Origin: Octopus sinensis
Lineage: Eukaryota
Direction of reading: 5' to 3'
DNA: 64,000 bases
Assembly: GCF_006345805.1 (NCBI RefSeq)
Contig: NC_042997.1
Coordinates: 102,238,001-102,302,000, forward strand
The translations under genes and the position numbers were made by a program. Of the stretch, positions 1 to 12,661 are shown piece by piece (position 1 is the first letter of the stretch; each line of letters starts with the position of its first letter). The notes beneath the pieces were generated by a model, which saw only the letters and a program-made list of their open reading frames with translations, searched no databases and was not told the DNA's origin.

Positions 1-62
1 GCGTGAGTGGGGCTGGAGGTGTGACATACACGGACAAAAAGACACATACACACAGAAACAAA

Positions 63-233
63 TTTTTATGACGAACTTCCACACAGTTGCCGCCTACCAA
101 ATATCCTCAGAAGTCATTGATCGACCCGAAACAATAGTAGAAGATACTTGCTCAATGTGCCGCGCAATGGGACTGAACCAGAAAGAACACGGTTCCAAAG
201 CGAGCTTCTTAACAACACAGCCATACCTGCGCC
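63..233 (-). mobile_element. tRNA-derived SINE, family A
   Basis: Recurrent motif GGCTGTGTGGTAAGAAG...CAGTCCCACTGC...GGCAAGTGTCTTCTACTATAGC. Other copies at about 17330-17640, 18190-18400, 43800-43930, 46478-46640 and 55900-56050. Confidence 0.75.
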
Positions 234-1486
234 TATTGATTCTTATTTTATTAATTTCGAGTGGATAAATGACAAAGACAAACAGAACAGGATTTGAATT
301 CAGAACATAAAAATGATATAAACACTACAAAGTATTTATTTTATTTTATTCGACGCTCTACTGATTCTGCTACCCACATGAACCAAAAGAATTTCAAACA
401 CAAAATTATTCTTCGCTATTGGTATTATTTACAGCTTTATATGTACTTCGAGAACCAATTCCCAAAAAGAATTTAGCCATGTGCTCTCGAAAGTTTATAA
501 ATTCTTGTGACATCAACAACATAATGGTAGGAATAAAGCTTCTGAAACGTACAGATAAATTCGGAGGATTGCTTTGGTACAATGGCAGAACACCTGTCAT
601 GTCTGCATGGGATGCGGGTTTGAGTTACACAGGTAGCCTTCGACTTTTGCTATCCTAAAATATTTTTCAACCCGATATTTACGTGTTATTATTTAGAACT
701 TTATATGTGCTTCGACACGTATGACCTATTGCTAGGGTGTTGTATTCATGATCATGATTTCAATTCCTAGACCGAGTGGTACGTTGTGTTCATGAGCAAA
801 ACATTTCATCTCACGTTGCTCTGTAATCACTTCGATACCTGAAGCGTGGTACATCGTGCACCTGTTCAGGTAACATCGATTTCATGGAAGGAGCGCGCTA
901 GTGTACATCACATACATTTGACCACTATAAACAATTCATTTGTGCAGATCGTCCGGCAAAAGCTGAACACTCACACGTCGTCTTCGATGGAAGAGTCCAT
1001 CATATGTACTTCGAGAAATAGTTTAAAAAATACTTTCGAATGTACTTTCGAAAATTTATTAATATTTTTTTTCTTTTTTCTTTTACTTCAACAAAATAAA
1101 ATTTCAACTCCCGTACAGGAATACGGTAGGAATGATATCGACTCCAGAAAATAGGAAGACAAAGAAAGAAGGTAACAAATAGCGTCTCAATGAGAGAAAG
1201 AAGGGAGAGGTAAAGAGAGAGAGAGAGAGAGAATCAGAGGTATATTGAGAGAAGGAGAGAGGGAGCAGACAGAAAACAGTTGAATAATTTGTGAATCTTT
1301 CCTTATAAAATGATGTTACGTATGTAGATGTTGTTGGCACTACATTGAAGAGACTTGCCAATGAAGGATTTGAACTAAATAAGCCCATTGAAATAGTTAT
1401 GAGTTAAAAATCATCCAACAAAATTTGTATGCTCGATGGTAAAAATGACATAAGTATCGTGTAAATAGTTATACGATATATTTCTT

Positions 1487-1577
1487 AATAAACTAAAGTT
1501 TATTTAAAATTTTAGTTTAAAATAAACTAAAGCTTATTTAAAATTTTAGTTTAAAATAAACTAAAGTTTATTTAAAA
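1487..1577. repeat. 34-bp AT-rich tandem repeat, about 2.7 copies
   Basis: Unit AATAAACTAAAG(T/C)TTATTTAAAATTTTAGTTTAA at 1487-1520, 1521-1554 and a partial copy at 1555-1577. Confidence 0.9.
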
Positions 1578-4162
1578 GTTATGTATAACTAATTAGCATT
1601 GCTGGTGTCTTCTTCCTGATTTTTGTTTGTTTTTGTGTTGTTTTTTTTTTTACTACTTGTGTTCGAAAGTTTCGATTTGATGTCTTGGATCAGATAAACT
1701 ACCAATATATCTTTCTTAAAACTCAGGTAATTACAATATTAGACAGTTAACTTGACTAACAAATAACAATAAAATTCATACAAACCAAAACAACTTTTGA
1801 CAAATATTTTTGCGTAGTATTTTCAAAACATTATAAAAAGAGAGCTAAGAATTAAAACACGGAGAAACATTTTCTCTATAACAAGTATTAGTGATAGGAA
1901 AAGAATATTTATAAAAACACTTTTTGTTGTTACTTTCTTTTTAAAAAATCAATAAATTTCACGACTTTGTGTTGTACTTACTTGGTAGTGGCTTTGCCAA
2001 ATTTTGAATTGATACCACAATGACGCCATTATAGCGAGTACTGTTGGAGACTTGCTATTTCATGTTTCTCACAAGTGACCCCTTGCCTTTGGAACAGTGA
2101 AAGTAATATTGACATCGGTAAAACCTGCAAACGTGTTTGGGTTAGAAACATCTTGCATATGGTTTGCATTTAACTTTTGTTTCTTGTACCAGAACCTTCT
2201 TTCCAGACTGCACCATTGTAGAGTGTGCCAACGAAGCTTTTACCGACCCACATTCAGTTGACTTTAGTATATCATAACGTTCAGTAATATTTCCCACATA
2301 CTTCCTTTACATTAATGTAACATTAATGACAAGCATTCCTAATGTCTCTTGTAACAACACACTCCATCATAGAAGATACTAAACTTTACATAACTCAGGC
2401 ACCTTCCTCAACACCAGAACACTTCATATGAGATACACGCTGAATTTAACTCAATTATTGAATAAACAATGGTCGATTATATTGGTCATGACTGAAAATT
2501 ATTGCTTACAGTGAGACATTTTGAACAATTATGAATTTTCGCATAAAGAAATATAGGGTTACGTAAGCAAAGCATTCGAGGATTATGAAATCTGGATTAA
2601 AAAATTGGCCATATTCAGATTATTAGTTCGATTGTTTATCCATCATTAGATTTAGCTGCTTTTCTATATTAAAGTTAATAAAAGCGATTGAAAAGTAAAA
2701 CACAGCTAATAGGAACATGATTATTATGAAAGCCTATTATGTTTTCTAATTATCATGTCATCACAAATTATAATAAACAATATACAAGATTTCTTATCTT
2801 CTCTAAATGCGGTTGCCTTAGTTACAGTAGTCGCCTTGGTTATAGTAATTATACTCTTTCTGTTTCTTTATTTTGTTTTCGTTAATTTTGATGTTACACG
2901 ATAACGTTTAGGAGGTGTAATTAGTCAGGTTTGTCGAATAGAGCAGAGATCGAGAAATATTGTTACAACTAACATTGTAATACGAACAACACAAAGTCAT
3001 TTATCATGACATGAGTTGCTGGTTAGCAAAATGAAAATATCGGATGGTTTGAGACAATTTTTCCTAATAAAAGCTAAACAAGATAAAGAAATATATCACC
3101 AGCTGGGAATGACACAAATTTTATCTCTAGGATAAAAATAAAATGGCATATCTTTAAATATTGTATATTAAGGCGGGGAAAACTGAAGGACAGTTTGTAT
3201 ATATATGTATGAGAAAGAGTGAATGCATACACAGAGTAGACGATATAGTTTATATAAATTGAATAATTTTTGTCGCGGCTCGAGCTTCACACTGCTACGA
3301 TCTTTCAAGCGAATGTTTTTTTTTTTTTCTGTAATTCAAGCTCTTTCTTTTGTGTGACCATTGTTATCGTTGGTTACATTCTAAATCATAAATTGGTAAG
3401 CTCATGACGTTTTAATTATTGTCATACTATCGATTTCATTATGCCAATACTTTTGATATTTTGTTTTTATTGGTTGATATCATTATAATATCCGGTTTCA
3501 TAAAATTCTTATATTGATTGATGACTGTATTGACTTTGTATTAGATTTGACTGCTGTCGCTAAACTTTGTTTTATTACTGTGTTCTTTATTGTTTACTTT
3601 ATACACTGTCTAAATTACCATTAATTTTCATTTTAAATTTCGTTGGTTATTATTTATTTTTTCTGATCAATCTCAGTTGTTCTGCTTGGATCAGCCTTAC
3701 CATGGCTTTTCTAACTTCTCCATTTCTGCTATTTATCCTGTTTGGGAATACAAGCTAGGTTTAAAAAATGAATCTATTTCTAGTGTCTGGAATGTAATAT
3801 CATCTCATTTCTTTTGTTGAAGTAGCATATTTGCTGCGTAATTACGTTTATATTGCGGAACGAGTACATATGTATGCATATAAAACTTTGAATATTTTGC
3901 TTGTTGCTCTGAAACAGCTTATAATGAGCTATTTCCGCTTACGATGCTGTTCCCATGTAAATGAAGTCTTCTTTCTTTAAAGCAAATTACTCTTACCGAG
4001 CACAGTTCTGATCTATTTTGATTTATTTTTAGTAATTGAGATGCTAGTTACAGGATATTTTGCTACTTATAGATTGGTTAGCGCATTTTTGGTCTTATAT
4101 GCTATATGTGTATATTTATGTGCATGCAAGTATATGTTTTGGTGTGTGCGTATATTATTTTT

Positions 4163-4241
<79 letters not shown>

Positions 4242-4315
4242 TATTATTATTATTATTATTACTATTATTATTATTATTGTTATTATTATCATTGTTATTA
4301 CTATTATTATTATTT
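4163..4315. repeat. Compound microsatellite (ATC)n + (ATT)n, forming the 3' tail/target of the R4/Dong LINE
   Basis: Seen directly; explains the poly-His/Tyr/Ile/Ser/Asn ORFs in the ORF track. Confidence 0.95.
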
Positions 4316-5712
4316 AAGACTTCGCACAGTATCCAATATCGTGATGTTGTTGATTGTGTGTACCGGGGGTTTGTACTGTCTGTCAAGTCGCAGTAAGGAC
4401 CTCAGATAGACAGTACTTTACGCAATATGCGTGCAGTTCCAAGTGATGCAGATTTTTGCAATACACCTACATTGTAGGGTATTTCTAAAGTTTCCATAAG
4501 TTTTTTCAGATTGGGTGGCCCTTGTAGCTACCACATCTTAGCGATCTCAATTCCCAGGTCTCCATATTAATTAATCTTTTCTCTTTCTTTCATGATAATA
4601 TGTTGATCTCCTGACACTGCCACGTGGATTATTAGGTACTCTTGTTTGTCCCTCCTAAAGGTTACTATATCCGGCCTTCGGTGTTCTAACACCTTGTCTG
4701 TCTGGAAGTCAAAGTCCCAGAGGATTTTTATCTTCCCTTTTCGTCCATTACTTTTTACGGTGTATATTGGTACCAAGCACTCGTTACCTCGTATCCATAG
4801 TTCTGGTATAGTTGCCAGTGGAAGTTTTGGGCCACCTTGTCGTGTCTGCTCTTGTACTCCTTCTGCGCTAGACTTTCACAAGCATTAACAATGCGAGTCA
4901 CGCTTTCAACCCTCTTCCCGCACATTCTGTAGAGGTGCGTTGCACTTGTGTGGTATATATCCCTTTTCATTGAGTTGGTTTTCAATGCTTGATCCTGGCA
5001 GCGATGATTAGGCTTTCAGTATTCTTTTTTAGGTCACCCTAATTGAGCCACCTCCATGGTGCTCCCTGGTTTTTTAATTTGTTGGTTTCACGATGGAACT
5101 GAGCATATAGTTCCATGCAGAGTAGAGTTTCTTCTCTCTCGTTGGCTGTTCGTGATCGGAATTCACGAGCACTTTCGAGTCCATTTTTGGTAAATCCTTC
5201 TGCATTAGCAGCATACTGTAGCAGGTCTTGTTTGCTGTTTACCAAATATTCTGCCATGTTTCTTCTTTCGCTGTTGATGCACTCCCGTACGCTTATCGAC
5301 TCACATCCACCTTTACCCCTCTTCATGTGGAACCTGTGTACATTCGCTTTAGGGTGGAGGGCACCATGCATTGTCATTGTCATTTCGGGTAGTACAATCG
5401 AGTTGGTTAATCTCTGCTCGTATCCATTTCAAGAATGGTGCACTATATCGGACTATAGCAACAGTCCATATGTTGATGGCAGTCACAAGGCTCCTTGAGT
5501 TGAGTTTTGATTTCAAGAGCAGTTTGAGACTCTTGAAATATGCAATGATGACCTTGTATTTCATTTCTCTGTGCAAGATATTGCCCAGCTCCAGTATCCC
5601 AAGGTACTTGTACTCACCATCATCCGGGACTTCCATTCTCTCTCCGTTTAGCATTTCTATACCCCTACAAAATGCTCTTTTCTCCCGTTTCAAAGTGAGT
5701 ACCGCAAACTTT
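4316..5712 (-). mobile_element. R4/Dong-clade non-LTR retrotransposon, copy B (5'-truncated, decayed, 3' end intact)
   Basis: Frameshifted fragments: YKYLGI (RT C-terminal part), TMHGALHPKA, zinc knuckle C..E..(H)IV.AC..LA.KEY..RHDKVA, REL nuclease ILWDFDFQTDKVLEHRRPDIV, and terminal LQKSASLGTARILRKVL*, followed by a (TAA)n tail. Confidence 0.88.
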
Positions 5713-7000
5713 TTTCAATGTTTCTTTCTTCAGCCAATCCCCCCTATGTTTTCTAGCAACTTCAGTTGTGGCTACATGGAATTGATTGTGTTGTCCCTTG
5801 TTGCGTAATGCTCCTTCATGTTCTTTTTGTACATCTTCCTTTGTTTTTACTTTTTTTTTCTCTGCTTTCAATACTCCTTCATTCCTAACTGACACTAGCA
5901 AGGTTTCCTTACTTTGGGATAGGTATCTCATTAAGCCCACGAGTTCGACACGTACGCAGTCTTCCACGCTTATCAGGCTTCTTCCTCCAGTTGTCCTCTT
6001 CATGTATAGGCGATCAGTGTCTGCACGTAGATGATGGGCTCCGTGCATCGTTAGGAGCTTTCTTAACTTCCTGTTCATCACTTTTATCTCCTCTGCCCAC
6101 TTCAGGATTCCAGCGTCTTACCGAACTACTGCGACTGCGCACGAGTTTATTGCCAAAATTATGTTTCTGACATTCAGCTTTGAAACCAATATTTTTCTCA
6201 CTCACCGCAGGTACTCTTTCTTTGCCTTTTCTTTCATATCGTTGTGTTTAATTCATCGGCCTTAAGTATGGCATCCTTATGCTTTCTGTTCTGACAAGCT
6301 TTCCTCATCTCATCACCATCGTAGCACATTTTGAAGGGTTCAAATTCCATCTTAATATAATTTGAAAAAATCTGCACAGATTGGACTAGGCTGTCCAGTC
6401 CTGCCTCAATTTTGTGAACAACTTCAAGTCGTTCATGAATAGCAAGTAGTTCATTTTTACCTTACCTCTTCCCAAATCATGCTTCAGCTTTGGCTTCTGT
6501 AGTATTTCACTCAAGGGGATCATTCTCAGTACAAAGATCAGTAGGGACGCACTGTCCCCCTGGAAGATTCTTCTCTTGATTTTCACCTCTCTTAACACCT
6601 GATTCCCTGCTGTCAATTCAGTTCTTCAACATTTCAGACTGTTCCATATAAGGCTTCTCATGTTTTCTGCTACTCCACACGTTTCCATACAGCCCACTTT
6701 TTTCTAAGTATCTATACAGTTCACCAGCCAAAGCACCTGACAATAGTTTCCACATTAGCGGAAGACACGTTATTGATCGAAAGTTGGATGCAACATTGCC
6801 CTTTTCAGGATCTTTGACACATAACATTGTCTTTCCCTTCGTCATCCAGCTGGGTACTGCGCACTCCTGCAAGCACTCATCTAACTGTTGCACTATCCTT
6901 TCGTAAAGCCCTCTCAACTTTATCATCCAATAAACTTGGGCCCCACCGGTCCTGGGTTCTTCCAATTTGGGAATCTCCTTAACTTCAAGATTGACCAGCA
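5713..7000 (-). mobile_element. R4/Dong-clade non-LTR retrotransposon, copy A (internally deleted RT, 3'-truncated)
   Basis: NFRSITCLPLMWKLL, IFQGDSASLL and YLLFMNDLKLF (RT core motifs), and RKLLTMHGAHH..DTDRLY. It re-encodes the same ORF region as copy B with a different sequence. Confidence 0.85.
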
Positions 7001-9237
7001 CAATTCTAACCTTAGCAATCAGAATTCTTCCATCAACTATTCTATAACATCACAACCACAATTCGAACTTTATATTCATTATGGTAGTCGTTTTCGATAT
7101 TTTATCTTAACATTTCAAGTGCCTTGCTTATCTGCATTGCTGCTGAGCAAATCTGATTTGACGAAGAAAAGCACATCTAAAATATGAAACCATTTATGTT
7201 TAGAATATTCCTCAAAGTATTTGTTTTACTTCTTACTGAAATTATAACTTCGTTCCCAGGGCGGTAAACTAGCAAAATCGTTAGAGCGTCGGATAAAATT
7301 ATTCCGTCTCTTCTGTAGCCAACTTTGCCTTTCCTCATTTATGGATCGATAAAATTATTATTGTTGTCAATATGATCGACTAGCCCGCCTTCCTCAAAAT
7401 TGCTGGCCTTGTGTCTAAATTAGAAACTATGATTACTTCGTGACTATGTCAAATATTGCGATTTTAAAAATAAAATGTTATGTGTTCATTGAGTCATTTC
7501 ATAAGCCATCCAAACAAGGAGAATCCAAAATGTGTGGACGACTCATTGCTTAGACTTCCTACAATCAAAGAACAGGTATTCCACAATATGTCCCCATTTC
7601 ACTTTGGTGACTCGGATAAGGTCAAGTTCAATGTGGAGTCGATTAAGACACTATCATTTGTTCTACTTTTACATCTCCATTTACCTATGTCTCTTTACAT
7701 AATGTATATGCGTAGATTCTTTGATAACATCTACAGGATATTATGAAACTTCCTTTGAAATTTTAAATCGACAGATGTGTCGATATCAATTTAATGGATG
7801 TCTTCATCAAACGTCTGCAATAAATGAAGCGAAAAATAATCTAGAAAGTGAATTGCTAAAAACAAGTATCAATAATATACTGAAATCGATAAATTAATCT
7901 TCCCACCTCTCTCTAAAATCCAGCCTTCGATCTAGTCAAAAGAAATTAATGCAATAGAGAGAGGACGGATGTCATAAAGATTTATGTACAAAGCTTCACT
8001 TACACTAACTATTAATGCTCTTAGGAAGGGCATGACGTCATAGTATTTCATTTCTCTATCCTGAAATATTTAGAGATACTATTCCTAGTCAAACAAAAAA
8101 TTCATGTAAGACAGCAAAGATGTGCAGCGTCAAATCTTGATTATGTATATATTTTACAACTGATATAGTTGATATTTTCAAGTGGTGTTAACGATAGCAA
8201 TCTCTATTCCTCCAACTTACTAAATCGGAGAATTTATACTTTTCTAGAAATGTGTACATTATTTGTGATACGGTTTCAATTTCTAGCTGAATTATATCTT
8301 CACTTTACCTAGATCATAAATCAATATGGCTAATCACCGATTGATGATTCCTCATGAAGTCAAATACTCAAGGAAGAATTGAGACATTCACATATATTCC
8401 GAATAATGACAAGCATCAAGTTTTATCATTAATTATTTTTAAGTGTGTTTGCTATCAGAGACTCAGCGGTTAATCTGAAATTCTAAACCAGGATTAATTA
8501 TTGCTTTTTATTTATCGTTATGAAATTTGAAATATTTTGAAATATTCTCTTCTTTCTCGTGAGCATTAAAAGCAATTTAATAAGGCAATCTTATGATAAA
8601 AAGAAGCAGAAGCCAAAAACCCAATCAGTTTATATTTCTTTACAACCCATATTCCTCTCTAAATTTAGTACAAAGTATCTGTAACTTAGATAATCATTTA
8701 AGTGAAACGGGAACAGAACATTCGTTGTTTACTATATTTCTTTTCACACTTGTATTTATGAATGAAATTAATAAACAGTGTTGCATGCAAAACGATTTAT
8801 TCAATTATTATTTTGGTTTCATATCTCTTATTCACTTAATTTAGCATTGGAATCCAGGTTAATTTATTTCAGCATAGTCGACACATTTAACTTCAACTCG
8901 ATCCAGATAAATAAAAAATGAAAGCGGAATTCGAAATAGTGGAATACAGAAAAAGTACAACAAAGTATTTATCTTCGTCTTCCTGTCTCAACCAATTCAT
9001 CAAACCTTATCTTGTCTCAACCAGTTCATCAAACCTTCTGTCTTCTACAGAACTCGAACATTTGTACAAATTCAAATTCATTTTTTTTTCTTTTCTTATT
9101 ACTATTTTGATAATAAACTTGCTTTTTCATTTTTAAAAATCCCAGCATATTCGGTTCAATTTAGCATTTCCTTAGTCATTTTCCTCCAAACTTAACTATT
9201 TTCAAGATTTTAAAGTCAGTACATTTGAAGGTTTGTT

Positions 9238-10087
9238 GGATCTTTTCCTTTTGAACAGCACTTAGTAACATAATTTCTAGGTAACTAAAAAGTTTTAAAC
9301 TTCGTATACTGGTAGAATGTGATTATAAAACATCATTTTTTCTTGGCTTTATTGAAAAAATTCTATATGTTGTAACATATTTCTTCTTTAATTTCGAGCA
9401 TTTCGGCAATCGCTGACGTCCATTTAGGTAAATAACATTCTGTGCATAATGAATATATTCCTCCTTTAAGAAACAGATTGGGTTTATTTTCATTTGTGAA
9501 GAAAAAAAGATACCCTTCCCCAACCCCTAACCTTAACCCTAACTAACCCTAAGTAACCCTAACTCTAACCCTAACTCTAAAATAGATTGAAATGCAATAG
9601 ATCGATACTAGGGTTATAATTATGGGTGACAATTTCATACGACACCTCTACGGAAAATGGGATTTTTTCTAGCGGTGTCAAATGAAAATGACACCCATAA
9701 TTATGGCCCTAGTATCGATCTGTTGCATTTCAATCTATTTTAGATTTAGGGTTAGAGTTAGGGTTAGTTAGGGTTAGGGTTAGGGTTAGGGGTTGGGGAA
9801 GGGTATCTTTTTTCTTCACAAATGTAAATAAACCCAATCTGTTTCTTAAAGGAGGGACATATTCATTATGCACAGAATGTTATTTACCTAAATGGACGTC
9901 AGCGATTGGTTAAAATTGCCGAAATGCTCGAAATTAAAGACGAAATATCTTACAACCTATAGAATTTTCTCAAGAAAGCCAAGAGAAAATGATGTTTTAT
10001 AAACACATTCTACCAGTATACGAAGTTTAAAATTTTTTAGTTACCTAGAAATTATGTTACAAAGTGCCGTTCAAAAGGAAAAGATCC
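9238..10087. mobile_element. 850-bp foldback/MITE DNA element with about 390-bp TIRs containing (CCCTAA)n/(TTAGGG)n; 8-bp TSD GGTTTGTT
   Basis: Termini GGATCTTTTCCTTTTGAAC / GTTCAAAAGGAAAAGATCC. TSD at 9230-9237 and 10088-10095. Arms align as reverse complements. Confidence 0.9.
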
Positions 10088-11579
10088 GGTTTGTTTTGTT
10101 AAAAACTAAAATATAATAACCAGTAATGCTTTTTTCACATTTTGCATAATTTTACTGTTTCATTTTGGTATGGTGGTGATGGTGGTGGCTTGTCTTCTTT
10201 CACTTCCCTTAAATAACTATGGTGCAGCTACTTTCGCCCGTTATAACAGCACACATATTCTTTTCATCGGTAAAGGACCTAAGCACGAAGTAACGGTAGT
10301 TTTTCCTTCCTTCACAATAACTGCATTCCTTTGGTTCACTTCTGATCGGCATCGACTCACTGCATATTACTCGGTTTTTTATCTAAATTGCGTTAAAGTT
10401 AAACAAATGAAGATAGAACATATCTATCGCAAATATTTTACGAATCACCCCACCCCTAAAAAAAAACATTGATTTGCAAGATCCTTCAGTCGGTTATGTT
10501 TTTGAATATATTCTCATATATATGTTCACCTATTTTAGTTAGATTTTGTAAGAAATTAAGTACCAGGAACATATCAATGACTCAGATGTTTTATAGAACT
10601 TGAACCCCTCTCCACAAAATCGAAATAGACATAAATAACTCAATATCGCAATTTATTAAATAAAAATATAGCAAATTTACAAGGAGGCACATTTTTTATA
10701 CATAAATACATAATGAATTAAATTGACAACCAAATAATGCAAATAGCCATTGTAGAATTAATAAGAACAAAAATGTGAGACGCTACTCTGGACAAGTAAA
10801 AAGCTCGATACTAACGTATCAACATACTAGGTTCTGTCCATATTTGTTTTCTTTAAAAGCTGTGAAAGATTTATTTTAATTGTTTCATTGAGAGAAGGAC
10901 TGTGTGTGAGAAACTGGGTAGTATGCTATTTACATTTTCAATTAAATTTCACTGAGGTCGCCTATGACTTACATTTTTTTGCCCGGAATGATAAAATAAA
11001 TCTCAGTCAATCACTGGGATGTGTTTGTAGTCATCTGTCTTCCGAATACAAATTAGTTAAAAATCAATATTTTCAACTATGGTAGTAAATGGCATGAACA
11101 TATGATGAATATTGGCCTGGCGTTTTTTAATTACATCCTTAGTTCAAATCGCACTAGTGCCAATAAAAGTACCGATCATATACTGAAATTAATCAGTCGA
11201 CACAACTCATAAAATTTGTGATCTAGTTAGTGCTAATGTGAAAAACGATTTTATTTTTATTTTTCTTTTGCAAGAATAACCTACTGGTTGTTATGAGGCT
11301 GTTACAACAACTATAGTAGACTAGCTGGACAGGTGAAAAATTCACGGAAAACACAAAAAATTTATGCATCTGTAAATTGTGGGCTGGTGCTATGAGAAAT
11401 GCTTCTATATTGTGACAGTTACAGAATATAGAAAGAAATGTAAAACTGATAACTATATAATCCAACCAAAATATCCCAGATACGCAAACGTAAACAGAAT
11501 TACTATTTAGCCTTAAAATACATCGTACATATTCAAAGTATCTTTTTGGTTTAGTGGTACGGAACTTTCTTCTGGTATT

Positions 11580-11862
11580 CTTTTACTTCTTCCAGTCATT
11601 TAACAGTGGCCATGCTAGAGCACCGCCTTTTAGCCGAAGAAATCGACCCCTGGACTTACTCCCTGTAAGCCTGACGCTTATTCTATCAGTCTTTTCAGCT
11701 AAACAGCTAAGTTACGGGGACGCAAACACACCAACATCAGTTGTCAAGCAACGGTAGTGGAGAGACAGACACACACACATATTATGGGCTTCTTTCGGTT
11801 TCCGTCTGCCAAATTTACTCACGAGGCTTTGGTTGGCCCGAGGCTATAGTAGAAGACACTCT
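11580..11862 (-). mobile_element. SINE family A, 3' portion
   Basis: Aligns with 48362-48770 and, inverted, with 50940-51295. Confidence 0.75.
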
Positions 11863-12369
11863 TTAAAGTATAGAATTGAATTTCGTGTAGCCACCTGTTG
11901 GCAACTTTTCTCCCCTACCCATTTTGTAGTGGGTATTACCCAATTTTCTGGACACTTTTCACAGCTGTACCCTGTTCAAAATCTCCATTAGATTTTGTAT
12001 GAAAGAAAAAAGAGGTGGTGGGGTGTTTGTAGTTTGTAAAGAAAACATTAAATGTGCCTGAAAAAAAACATGGTCTTTCTCTCCCAACTAAAAGACATGA
12101 AGAAATATGAAAGCAGGCGAATAAGTACCAGGGGTGGGAGAAAGAAGAGAGAAGTAACACTCGATCCTTCTAGAACTCCCAGAATAAAAATGTAAACATC
12201 TGAAAGACTTTCCCTCTATTCATTACTAAATGTATTTCTCTCTTCGTTGTTAAAAGTATAAAAGCTAAAAAAGATCGATCGTATTTCAATCTAATTGTCA
12301 TTGTAAATGACTAACGCTGTTCTTTGTCTCTATCGCTTCGCTCCTTTTCTCTACGGTTGAGAGAATGAA

Positions 12370-12661
12370 GGTGCATGGCTCGGTGGTTAGGAGTATTCGG
12401 CCCACGTGAAGTTTTGAGTACGATTCTCTGCGGCGCGCTGTGTTTTTGAGCAAGGTACTCAACTTCACAAAAATGAGTTGTAGCTGTAATTCAAAGGGGC
12501 CAACCTTGTCACATTCTGTGTGAGGCTGAATCTCCCTCAGAACTACCTTATGGTATGCATGTCTGTGGAGTACTCAGCCACTTGCGCGTTAATTTTACGA
12601 GCAGACTGTTCCGTTGATCAGAGATAAACAGAAACCTCGTCGTCGTAAGCGACGGAGTGCC
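12370..12661 (+). mobile_element. tRNA-derived SINE sharing its 3' body with the 16.5-kb copy
   Basis: Head GGTGCATGGCTCGGTGGTTAGG; 12497-12660 aligns with 16753-16918. Related heads occur on the minus strand at about 21925-22150 and 50640-50800. Confidence 0.75.

Noticed and set aside
1597-2905. Plus-strand transmembrane-like frames (IAGVFFLIFVCFCVVFFF..RKFRF at 1597-1726; AVALVTVVALVIVIILFLF at about 2805-2880; SFFCVTIVIVGYIL at about 3331-3385)
   Set aside because: T-rich DNA yields hydrophobic translations by chance, acceptors are weak and no homologue was recognised. Not supportable without RNA data.
4041-4409. Poly-His/Tyr/Ser/Ile/Asn ORFs, and the VCVCVY-type ORFs at 45-48 kb and 56 kb
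   Set aside because: These are translations of microsatellites, which lack stops by construction.
8983-9040. 29-bp tandem duplication reading GLMNWLRQ twice on the minus strand
   Set aside because: Only two copies, the duplication shifts the frame, and there is no identifiable context.
9523-9800. Telomere-fusion scar
   Set aside because: The orientation is (CCCTAA)n then (TTAGGG)n, opposite to a fusion, and the repeats lie within TIRs bounded by a TSD.
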